A program made the position numbers and the translations under genes. Of a DNA stretch of 64,000 nt, positions 17,854 through 26,325 are shown one piece after another (the stretch's first letter is position 1; the number at the start of each line of letters is the position of its first letter). Origin of the DNA: Pyrinomonadaceae bacterium (GTDB lineage: Bacteria; Acidobacteriota; Blastocatellia; Pyrinomonadales; Pyrinomonadaceae); assembly GCA_036392495.1 (NCBI GenBank), contig DASVXV010000163.1, positions 2,951-66,950 on the forward strand. Direction: 5' to 3'. The notes beneath the pieces are model-generated. The model ran no database searches. It was not told the origin of the DNA and saw only the letters and a program-made list of their open reading frames with translations.

Positions 17854-17882
17854 ATAATAGAGGACAATAAGTTGTGCGTCAA
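17854..17882 (-). promoter_or_regulatory. sigma70-like promoter (minus strand)
   Basis: TTGACG (17882-17877), 17-nt spacer, TATTAT (17859-17854), just downstream of the hutI stop. Confidence 0.5.
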
Positions 17883-17927
17883 GCATCTTTTTCGCCCATT
17901 ATCTTGCGGCTTTACTTTAAGCCTGCC

Positions 17928-19187
17928 TCAACGCCGAAACGCTACGCGCCCGCCGATGTAAACGGCATGCGCGTGCTCCACCCCGAAGAAGTAGGCGACC
18001 TCACGATAATCTGCACAATCATGGATGACGAAATCCGCGCGCTTGCCCGCTTCGAGCGACCCCACTTCATGCCCGCGCCCCAGACTGTAGGCGGCGTTGA
18101 CGGTCGCCGCCGTGAGCGCTTCGGCGGGCGTCATTCTCATGTGGGTCGAGGCGAGCGACAGGACCATAGGCATCGAGGGTGTGGGGCTGGAGCCGGGGTT
18201 GAAGTCCGTCGCGAGGACGACCGCGAGCCCAGCGTCAATCATCTCGCGTGCCGCGGGGTAGCGCGCGGAGCCGAGCGCATAGACGGAGCCGGGCAGAAGC
18301 ACAGGCTGCACGCCGGCCTTCTTCAAGGCGGCGATTCCCCCGGCGTCTGTGTGCTCCAGGTGGTCCGCAGTCGCGGCTTTCAGCTCCGCGGCCAAAAGGG
18401 CGCCGCCCGTCAGCGACAACTGATCGGCGTGAACGCGCAATCGCAATCCTGCTGATTGCGCGGCCGTCAGGATGCGCCGCGACTCCTCGACCGTAAAGAC
18501 GCGGTCTTCGCAGAAGACGTCCGCATACTCGGCCAGCCCCTCTTCGGCGATGCGAGGCAGCATCTCTTTGATGATGAGACTGATGTAATCTTCACTGCGC
18601 CCGCGATACTCTTCGGGGATGTCGTGCGCGCCCAGGAACGTCGGGACATAACGAAGCAGCGTTTCATCATTCAGCCTCTTAATCGCGCGCAGGATTTTCA
18701 GCTCGTCCTGGACCGTCAAGCCGTATCCGGATTTCGCCTCGATGGTCGTCGTGCCGCCTCTGAGAAACCAGCGGCTGTACCGCTTCCCAGCCTCGACCAG
18801 CTCTTCGAATGTTGCGGCGCGTGTGCGGCGGACAGTGGAGCGGATGCCGCCGCCGCGCGCGGCGATCTCCTGGTAGGTCGCGCCCAGAGCGCGCTGTTCG
18901 TACTCATCCGCGCGCGTGCCAGCGAAAACAGGGTGCGCGTGCGCGTCAACGAAGCCAGGCAGGACGGCGCGCCCGCCTGCCTCGACGATCTCGCTGCCCG
19001 TTTCGATGAGGGGCTCTATTTGACTTCGCGCGCCGACACGCTCGATACGCCCGTCGCGCACGAACATCGCCCCGTCTTCGATGATGGAAAGCTCGCTCAT
19101 CCACGCGCCCGTGCGCGGGCCTTCTCCCCCGTTTGCGAGCGTGACGAGTTGTGAGCAGCCGACGACGGCCAGAGTTTGGGACATCAT
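17928..19187 (-). CDS. hutI: imidazolonepropionase
   Basis: Amidohydrolase fold, [11 protein letters not shown], full-length HutI-like pattern (419 aa). Confidence 0.9.
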   Translation of the reverse strand: MMSQTLAVVGCSQLVTLANGGEGPRTGAWMSELSIIEDGAMFVRDGRIERVGARSQIEPLIETGSEIVEAGGRAVLPGFVDAHAHPVFAGTRADEYEQRALGATYQEIAARGGGIRSTVRRTRAATFEELVEAGKRYSRWFLRGGTTTIEAKSGYGLTVQDELKILRAIKRLNDETLLRYVPTFLGAHDIPEEYRGRSEDYISLIIKEMLPRIAEEGLAEYADVFCEDRVFTVEESRRILTAAQSAGLRLRVHADQLSLTGGALLAAELKAATADHLEHTDAGGIAALKKAGVQPVLLPGSVYALGSARYPAAREMIDAGLAVVLATDFNPGSSPTPSMPMVLSLASTHMRMTPAEALTAATVNAAYSLGRGHEVGSLEAGKRADFVIHDCADYREVAYFFGVEHAHAVYIGGRVAFRR

Positions 19188-19275
19188 AAAAGTCTGGAGT
19201 CTGGAGTCTGGAGTCTGGAGTCAAAAGACAGAAACCATTCTTTGGCTTCGGACTCCAGACTCCAGACTCCAGACT
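19188..19275. repeat. heptad-stem hairpin, family B (GGAGTCT units)
   Basis: aaaagtctggagtctggagtctggagtctggagtc / loop / gactccagactccagactccagact. Abuts the hutI ATG. Confidence 0.93.
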
Positions 19276-19283
19276 CGCTAGAC

Positions 19284-21266
19284 TTATTTCATATATCGGT
19301 CAAGGAAGTCTGCCATGAGCGGGTAGACGATCAGGCGATTCGAGAGTTTGACGACGCCATGCCCTTCATCGTCGAAGAGCTTGTACTCGACCGGGGCGTT
19401 GCGCGCACGCAGGGCTTTGACTATCTGCTCGGCCTCAGTGTAAGGCACGCGCGGGTCGTTCTTGCCCTGAATGACCATCAGCGGCGTCTTGATGCGTTCG
19501 ACGCGCCCGAGCGGCGAAATGGAGCGCAGGAAATCAAGGTCGCGCTCAAGCGAGCCGTACTCCACCTCGCGCAGCTTCCGTCGGTAGCCCGAAGTGTTCT
19601 GTAGAAAACTCTCGAAGTTGGCGATGCCGACCGTGTCAACGGCCGCCGCCCACAGGTCCGGGTAGAGCGTGATGGCGGCGAGCGTCATGTAGCCGCCGTA
19701 AGAGCCGCCCATCACGGCGATGCGTCGCGGGTCCGCCCCGCCCGCGGTCTTTAACCACTCGACTGCCGCCGCCAGGTCTTTGACCGAATCCTCGCGCTTG
19801 CGTACGTCGTCCAGGTGCGTGTAGGTCTTGCCGTAGCCCGTGCTCCCGCGCACGTTCGGCGCGAGAATGGCGTAGCCGCGAGAGAGAAAGTATTGATAGA
19901 TGGCATTAAAATTGGGCTGTTCCTGTCCTTCGGGCCCGCCATGCACGCTGACGATCACCGGCAGGTTAAAGAACGTCCCTCCGATAGAGTTCGGCCCCGA
20001 AGTGAAAGTGATTTGTTGCCTGCCCCGGGCACTCGCCTCGGCATGTTGCGGCCTGTAATACCAAGCAGGAATCTCGCGTCCGTCAAAACTCTTGTAGTGA
20101 ATCAACTGCGGCTCAACAAAAGATTCGCGCGGAATCCCTGCCGTCGAGCTACGTGTCACCTGCGTGAGCTTGCGCGTCTTCAGGTCATAGAGCCAGACGT
20201 CCGCGTTGTAGCGCGAGCCGTTGAAGGTGAAGGCGAGCTTGCTATTATCTTTCGAGAACTGTAGCGCGCCGATGACGCCTTTGCCCGGAAGCTGGACGGG
20301 CGCGTCCTTTTTTCCCATGACGGTAATCAAAGGTTTGCCGTCCGTGTCCAATCGGCGTATGTAAAGCTCGTTGAACCCGTCGCGGTTGATCGTGTAAGCG
20401 AAAAGGCTTCCGTCGTCCGACATCCCTGTGTCGTCCAGGTCCCATTCGGTGTCGTCAATGATGCTGACCTTCTTGCTCGCCAGATTCATCTGCGCGAGCG
20501 AGTAGAACTCACGCTTGTCGTTCGTGCCGAAAAAGATCGAGTGGCCGTCGGGCGCGAAATAGACGTCGCCGAACTGCGCCGCGCCCTCGTGCGGCGTCAG
20601 GTGCGTCGCCTGCTGCGTTTGCGTGTCAACGAGATAGAGATCGTTATCCAGGCTTAAGCCTTCGTTGGCGTGAGAGACGATCAGGTAGCGGTTGTCGAAG
20701 GACCAGGCCACTGGGCTGTTCGAGCCGTCCTGCTGATAGACCAGCACCTCATGCCCGGTCGCCACGTCCATGAGATAGACGTCGAAGTAGTCTTTGTTGC
20801 GCTTGTTCGAAGCGTAGCTAATCTTTTTGCCGTCGTGCGACCAATCGCCGAAGTTGTGGCGGACCGCCGTCGCGTTGGTCAGAGCCCTGATCTCAGAGCC
20901 GTCCGGGGAGAGCCAGAAAAGCTGCGCGTTCTCGTCGCCGCCGCGCGACTTTGCGAAGACGAGTCCAGAGCCGTCTGGCGACCAGCGGACGAAATCAACT
21001 CGGTCCGTATAAAAGGTCAGCTGCTCGGGCCAGCCGCCCTGCGCGCCGACCATCCAGACTTGCGGCGTGCCTGTGATGTTGGTCAGAAACGCCACGCGGT
21101 CGCCCGCTGGCGAGAGCGCAGGGCTCGTCGCGCTGCGGATATTGAGGTAACGATCAACTCCGTAGCGCTCTTTAGTGACGCCCGCGCCGGAAGCTTGTGC
21201 GTGCGCGATGGCGAGCGGAAAAGAGAGCGCCAGAATAAGGAACGTGCCGAGCAAGGTTTTTCGCAT
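19284..21266 (-). CDS. S9 family serine peptidase with N-terminal beta-propeller
   Basis: ATG at 21266 gives signal peptide MRKTLLGTFLILALSFPLAIAHA. Propeller repeats, then C-terminal GGSYGGYM nucleophile elbow with downstream D and H. Confidence 0.88.
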   Translation of the reverse strand: MRKTLLGTFLILALSFPLAIAHAQASGAGVTKERYGVDRYLNIRSATSPALSPAGDRVAFLTNITGTPQVWMVGAQGGWPEQLTFYTDRVDFVRWSPDGSGLVFAKSRGGDENAQLFWLSPDGSEIRALTNATAVRHNFGDWSHDGKKISYASNKRNKDYFDVYLMDVATGHEVLVYQQDGSNSPVAWSFDNRYLIVSHANEGLSLDNDLYLVDTQTQQATHLTPHEGAAQFGDVYFAPDGHSIFFGTNDKREFYSLAQMNLASKKVSIIDDTEWDLDDTGMSDDGSLFAYTINRDGFNELYIRRLDTDGKPLITVMGKKDAPVQLPGKGVIGALQFSKDNSKLAFTFNGSRYNADVWLYDLKTRKLTQVTRSSTAGIPRESFVEPQLIHYKSFDGREIPAWYYRPQHAEASARGRQQITFTSGPNSIGGTFFNLPVIVSVHGGPEGQEQPNFNAIYQYFLSRGYAILAPNVRGSTGYGKTYTHLDDVRKREDSVKDLAAAVEWLKTAGGADPRRIAVMGGSYGGYMTLAAITLYPDLWAAAVDTVGIANFESFLQNTSGYRRKLREVEYGSLERDLDFLRSISPLGRVERIKTPLMVIQGKNDPRVPYTEAEQIVKALRARNAPVEYKLFDDEGHGVVKLSNRLIVYPLMADFLDRYMK

Positions 21267-21499
21267 GGGCTTAGTCTCCGAGTTTTCTACGCGGCGGATG
21301 AAATAATGCCTGCCTCTTGCGCGTGTTTGGCCGTGGCTTTCCGGCTGGCAATAACTAGAGACACGAGAGAAGAGGCGGCGTGCGCTTGTGGGGCGCACGC
21401 CGCCTCTTTTCATCAGAATCCGTCCTTTGATGGAATTAAATTGTAACGCAGGCGGAGGCATCCAGCCGCCCTGTAGGATATTAAGGTCACTGATTAGCC

Positions 21500-22066
21500 C
21501 TAAGGCGCTTCTATCACGGATTTTTGAGAATTAACGCCTTCCGTGAACAGTCTCGCAGTTTCGAGGTAATCGGCTTGCCGCTTCTGGTATTCGCTGTCGC
21601 TGGACGGGACTTGTTTGCCGCCCGCGCCGACCCACCTGATTAACTGCCCGTCATTGAAGTAGAAGCGTTCTTCTTCAACTCTAACTACCCGCCCCGATAG
21701 AGGCTTGCTGTACTTTGAATCTTTCCGATAAACGAAGATCAGCTTTCCGTCCCGATAATAGTACTCTTCAAACGCCTTGCCGCTTTCGCCGTAGTAGTTC
21801 GCAGCTATCTTCACGATGTTAGGGCCGTCCAGATAAGCGGTCATCTCCCCGCCTTCAGCCGAGAAGCCGGACAACTCCTTTTTTACTCTCCTGTATTTGC
21901 GGAGGTTTTTATTAATAGCCGCATAACTCTGCCGTATGGATTGGATTGCATCTTGAGCCGGAGGATTATAGGCGGAGGCCAGGGAGGGGACGCTGACCGA
22001 ACAATTGATTGCCGTGAGTAGCGCCAATGTGACTATGAAGCTTCCTTTGCCGGTTAACCTTTTCAA
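21500..22066 (-). CDS. secreted hypothetical protein
   Basis: Signal peptide, 188 aa, AT-richer codons than neighbours. No family recognised. Confidence 0.55.
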   Translation of the reverse strand: MKRLTGKGSFIVTLALLTAINCSVSVPSLASAYNPPAQDAIQSIRQSYAAINKNLRKYRRVKKELSGFSAEGGEMTAYLDGPNIVKIAANYYGESGKAFEEYYYRDGKLIFVYRKDSKYSKPLSGRVVRVEEERFYFNDGQLIRWVGAGGKQVPSSDSEYQKRQADYLETARLFTEGVNSQKSVIEAP

Positions 22067-22260
22067 GATGGAGTCCTTTTAGCTGGCAAGCTGGTGTAGA
22101 GCGCGAGGAAGATAAGCTTGTTATCGAATGATTGTCAATTATTGAAGAACGATTTTTAATAACTCTTCAAAAAGCATGCTCCGTTAAAAAATTGAATGGG
22201 CGCGAGCAGCTCATGGCCGCTCAGCGCCTACTCCTAAGAAATTTCCCTTCGGTAAATTTC

Positions 22261-22332
22261 AGGGGTCGGGTGTCAGGGGTTGGGGATCGGTAAAAGCATT
22301 TACTGACCCCCGGCCCCTGACCCCTGACCCCC
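22261..22332. repeat. heptad-stem hairpin, family F (GGGGTCR units), imperfect
   Basis: aggggtcgggtgtcaggggttggggatcgg ... ctgacccccggcccctgacccctgaccccc. Confidence 0.75.
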
Positions 22333-22352
22333 GCTTTTTGCGTGGTCCTTCG

Positions 22353-22844
22353 TCAAGAGGCGGATGAAGTGTGGTCATGCACGATGCGCCAGCCCTGCGA
22401 GGTTTTGCGGAAGATGAGCGTGAAGCGTCCGTGCTGCTGCGGATCATATGCGAACGTCAATTGCCAGCGACCGAACGCGACGGCTGTATCTTTGCCGATG
22501 AGTTTAATCTCTATTTCGGAGAACGCGAGCGTGCCCATCCTCTCGCGCGTGGCATAGCCCTTCTTGTAACCCTCAAGCACCACGTCCCAGCCACGTCTCA
22601 GCGTGTCGCCGGAAATAAAGATGGTCTCGTTTGAACGCCAGTAACCATTCATGAAGCCTTCTATGTCGCCGCGATTCCAGGCAGCCGTTTGCGCGTCGAG
22701 CACTGCGCGAATGGGCGCAATCGCTTTCGCAGAGGACTCATCAGGTTTCTGCAAATTAGTCTGCTGCCCGTATGTGGCGGACGAGTTGATTCCCATTGCC
22801 GTCAGGATAAGGGCGCTGAAAAGTAGGATGCGTTTCATATTCAA
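22353..22844 (-). CDS. secreted NTF2-like (DUF4440) protein
   Basis: Signal peptide plus AAWNRGDIEGFMNGYW ... FRKTSQGWRIVHDHTS. Confidence 0.7.
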   Translation of the reverse strand: MNMKRILLFSALILTAMGINSSATYGQQTNLQKPDESSAKAIAPIRAVLDAQTAAWNRGDIEGFMNGYWRSNETIFISGDTLRRGWDVVLEGYKKGYATRERMGTLAFSEIEIKLIGKDTAVAFGRWQLTFAYDPQQHGRFTLIFRKTSQGWRIVHDHTSSAS

Positions 22845-22939
22845 GTCTCACTTTCTGAACTGGCAGTATTAGGAGAACAATATACTCGCGCTCGGCTCAC
22901 AGCTTCAACCTTATCGCGCGCGATATAGCTCTTCCATCA

Positions 22940-23650
22940 TTATACGCGGGCGTGCGCCCTCAACCACTCAAAAACGTCTTCGCGCATCGGCTGCGTGATC
23001 TCATGTGCGGCATCATAGGCTTTGACTTCGACTTCCTGCGCCCGCGCGCGAAGCCGCCGAGCATACTCAGCGGTGCGCGACGGTGGATAGAACTCATCGC
23101 GCACGCCGTGAAGGTGAAGAACGGAAGCATCGGTCCGCTTGTAACTCTCGCTTGTTTCCCAATCGCCAGGCAATCCGCCGCAGATGCCTATGACGCCATG
23201 TAAGACTTTCGGGTGCGTGAAACTGAAGCGATAGTTGAGGGCGCAGGACTGTGAAAAGCCCAGCAGAAAGACGCGGTCACGGTCCGCTACATTTTCGTCA
23301 ACGAGCGCGTCAATCAAATCCAGCAGCGCGCGATGGTGGACCGCAACCGAATCTTCCGGGTGAAAGTTCGTCAGCCAGCCGAAACCATAACGCAGCGGCC
23401 CGCCCTCTTCCTTAGGCTCTTTCATGTGTTGGTGGAAACCCTGTAGCGATGCGATGGCGAAATCATCGGGCGCTATCTGCGCGGCCTCGCGCATCATCTG
23501 TCTTTTGTTCGCCCCGTATCCGTGCAGCGCGATGAGTAAAGGCGCAGAGGTGCTTTTCCCCGTCGGCGTGCGCAGCGCGTAATACATCCTGATCTGTGCG
23601 ACGAGCGTGCGCTCGGAGTGCGTGTCAGGGCCGCTTTCCATATCAGACAT
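22940..23650 (-). CDS. alpha/beta hydrolase (phospholipase/carboxylesterase family)
   Basis: LHGYGAN..., GFSQSC nucleophile motif, C-terminal D/H. Start placed at the internal ATG 23650; the upstream part of the track ORF looks non-coding. Confidence 0.75.
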   Translation of the reverse strand: MSDMESGPDTHSERTLVAQIRMYYALRTPTGKSTSAPLLIALHGYGANKRQMMREAAQIAPDDFAIASLQGFHQHMKEPKEEGGPLRYGFGWLTNFHPEDSVAVHHRALLDLIDALVDENVADRDRVFLLGFSQSCALNYRFSFTHPKVLHGVIGICGGLPGDWETSESYKRTDASVLHLHGVRDEFYPPSRTAEYARRLRARAQEVEVKAYDAAHEITQPMREDVFEWLRAHARV

Positions 23651-23953
23651 CACTGGGGTTATACCGCGCCGCGCCGGGAATTGCCAGCCCCGCCCTGACA
23701 ACCTTCCGCCGAAGGCACAGGACCGATGACAAGTTTGTTGACAAGGAATCATGGCGGGTATATTTTTAGCGCCGCTCGCGCCTTTAACCATGGCTGTCAG
23801 GCGTTCTCTTCAGCCTCATCGTTCCTAATTTCTTAGCGTCCGGCCCTCAAACGTCGCGCGCGCGGGTTTTACTAGCCTTAAACGTCCGCGCATTTCCGTT
23901 AAAGCCATCGCCGACGCCAGCAGCTTCCGACGCCCCTCTGCAAAGGAGTCAAG

Positions 23954-26293
23954 ATGCAAAAAAAATTCTTCCCGCCCAAACGAGACTTCAGCTCACTGTC
24001 CCTGAAAGATCTGCTGGAAGCGCGCGACGCTTACCACACACACTTAGCCCATCTGGACAACGTCATCGCCACGGCCATCGGACGCTACCGCATCCGTGTG
24101 AAAGACCCGGACTCCAAAGAAGCCAGAGGACCCAAGGCCTGGCGCGACCGCATGCAGTCGCCCGAACGCACGCTCGGCAACACGGTCATCAAGGCATGGT
24201 CATGGCCGAGCCTGCTGGTCTTCGTCAAGGAGTGGTTTACGCTGGAAGAGATGGTGCGACAGGACCCGGAGCAGGTCGTGCCGCGCTTTCTCTATCTTTC
24301 GGACGGAAGGGTCGTGCCGACCTGCGTCATCCTCGCCGAGCGGCAGGAGAAAGCGCCGCCCCCGCTCCAGAACATAACTTTTCCAGAGCACCTGGTCGGG
24401 GGCGGATACCCCGTCTTCACGGAGAATCAGGGCCAGCAGCACATCGGCTCCATCGGCTGTCTGGTGAGCGACGGCGATTCCGTCTACGCGCTCACCAACC
24501 GCCACGTGACGGGCGAGCTGGGCCGCGAGGTCTTTTCGTTCATCGGCGGCAAAAAGATGCGCGTTGGCATCTCGTCCAGAAGCCGGCTGGACGACCGTGT
24601 CGCGCTGGGCAAGCGGCTGTTCCAGGACGTATATCCAGGCTGGCCCGGCCAGCGGTCCTACGTCAACATCGACGCCGGCCTCATTCACGTGGAGGACCTC
24701 GAATACTGGACCTCACAGGTCTTCGGCATCGGCGAGCTCGGCGACCCCGTTGACCTCAACACGGACACGCTCTCGCTTGACCTCATCGGCTGCCCCGTGC
24801 GCGCCTTCGGCGCAGCCTCCGGCGAGATGGTCGGCGAGATCAGCGCCCTTTTCTACCGCTACAAGTCAGTCGGCGGCTTCGATTACATCAGCGACCTGCT
24901 GATAGGTCCGCGCACAGAATCGTGCAGCGGCTTCTGGGAGGCGGAGCACGACGAAGGTGAGCACGAGGTGGAGTACTGCGAGCCGAATTACGGGACGGTC
25001 GGAGAGAGCGGGGTGCTGAAGACGCGCCCGGGAGATTCCGGCACACTCTGGTTCTTCGACCAGAATATGACTGTCGAGACGGCGCGCTCTAAAGGATACG
25101 CCGGCGCGCGTGCTCGTCGCCTGCGGCCCATCGCGCTTCAATGGGGCGGCCACACGCTGCTCGACGAAAAGAGTGAATCCAAAGCGGAATTCGCTCTCGC
25201 CACCTGTCTGAGCACCATCTGCCGCGAGCTCGATCTGGACGTCATCCCGGACTTCGACATCGGCCACAGCGAATACTGGGGGAAGACCGGTCACTACAAA
25301 ATCGCCGCCAAAGCCTGTGAGCTGGTCGCGGACCCGAAGCTCAAAAAGCTGCTGCTCGCCAACGTCAGTAACATCGCCTTCGGAGATGAGGCGATAGAGC
25401 AGGGCGAGTTGCAGAAGGTCAAGCCGGTCAGCCCGAGCAAGCCGAATCAGCCGTTCGTCCCGCTGGCTGACGTGCCTGACATCGTCTGGCGCGCCTCGCG
25501 CAAGCTGGACGACGCCAACCACTTCGCGGACATGGATCAGGAGGGCGAGGGTGATTTCGCTGGCAAGACTCTTCTGCGCCTCTGCCAGAACCCGGACAAC
25601 GTGGACATCTCTGTCTGGAACGGCTTCTACGACAGCCTCGGCATTGGCCGTAAACGCGGCGCAGCCCCTTTCCGCGTCTGGCAGATCTATAAGCTGATGG
25701 TCGAGTTCGTCAGGAAGAAGAAGGTGGCCGAGTTCGTCTGCGCCGGCGGCATCGTCTCGCATTACGTCGGCGACTCCTGCCAGCCGCTGCACGTCTCATT
25801 CCTGCATCACGGCCGGGAAGGGCATCCTGAAGAGGAGAAGGTGCATTCGGTTTACGAGACTCAGATGATAGATAAAAAAGCGACGGAGATCATCGTGGGC
25901 ATCAACGAGGCGTTGAAGAACACGAAGGCGAAGGCGGACGTCACTGGCGGCCACGCTGCCGCGGTCTCGGTCGTCGAGTTGATGCGCCAGACCGTCAAGA
26001 CGCTCAAGCCCATTAAGGTCATAGAGGCTTTCAACGACGCGCAACAGAATAACCGCATCCCGGACATGTGGAATGCATTGGGTGCGAAGACGATCACCTG
26101 CATGGCCGGCGGCTGTCTGCGCATGGCGTCAATCTGGGCGAGCGCCTGGAAAGAGGGAGGCGGAGGCAATATCGCCAACAGCAAGCTCGTCGCCATCGAA
26201 CACGATGAGCTGATGTCCCTTTATAACGACAAGAACTTTCTCCCGGCCTTCCGCCTGCAAGACGAGGAGTTCGCAGAGGCGCTCCAGGAGTAG
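23954..26293 (+). CDS. fusion protein: trypsin-like serine protease domain plus S1/P1-nuclease/PLC-like zinc domain, no signal peptide
   Basis: Triad candidates TNRHV (His), NIDAGLIHV (Asp), RPGDSGTLWF (Ser). C-terminal YWGKTGHYKIAAKA, NHFADMD, HYVGDSCQPLHVSF and KVHSVYE match the S1-P1 nuclease metal-ligand pattern (WGxxGH, HFxD, GDxxQPLH, HSxWD). Confidence 0.7.
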   Translation: MQKKFFPPKRDFSSLSLKDLLEARDAYHTHLAHLDNVIATAIGRYRIRVKDPDSKEARGPKAWRDRMQSPERTLGNTVIKAWSWPSLLVFVKEWFTLEEMVRQDPEQVVPRFLYLSDGRVVPTCVILAERQEKAPPPLQNITFPEHLVGGGYPVFTENQGQQHIGSIGCLVSDGDSVYALTNRHVTGELGREVFSFIGGKKMRVGISSRSRLDDRVALGKRLFQDVYPGWPGQRSYVNIDAGLIHVEDLEYWTSQVFGIGELGDPVDLNTDTLSLDLIGCPVRAFGAASGEMVGEISALFYRYKSVGGFDYISDLLIGPRTESCSGFWEAEHDEGEHEVEYCEPNYGTVGESGVLKTRPGDSGTLWFFDQNMTVETARSKGYAGARARRLRPIALQWGGHTLLDEKSESKAEFALATCLSTICRELDLDVIPDFDIGHSEYWGKTGHYKIAAKACELVADPKLKKLLLANVSNIAFGDEAIEQGELQKVKPVSPSKPNQPFVPLADVPDIVWRASRKLDDANHFADMDQEGEGDFAGKTLLRLCQNPDNVDISVWNGFYDSLGIGRKRGAAPFRVWQIYKLMVEFVRKKKVAEFVCAGGIVSHYVGDSCQPLHVSFLHHGREGHPEEEKVHSVYETQMIDKKATEIIVGINEALKNTKAKADVTGGHAAAVSVVELMRQTVKTLKPIKVIEAFNDAQQNNRIPDMWNALGAKTITCMAGGCLRMASIWASAWKEGGGGNIANSKLVAIEHDELMSLYNDKNFLPAFRLQDEEFAEALQE

Positions 26294-26325
26294 AAGGACT
26301 CACGAACGGCCTTTATCGCCGCAGC

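Noticed and set aside
22911-22924. Palindrome tatcgcgcgcgata next to the esterase gene stop
   Set aside because: It is short, and such a palindrome is expected by chance at appreciable frequency in GC-rich DNA. No second copy or functional context was seen.
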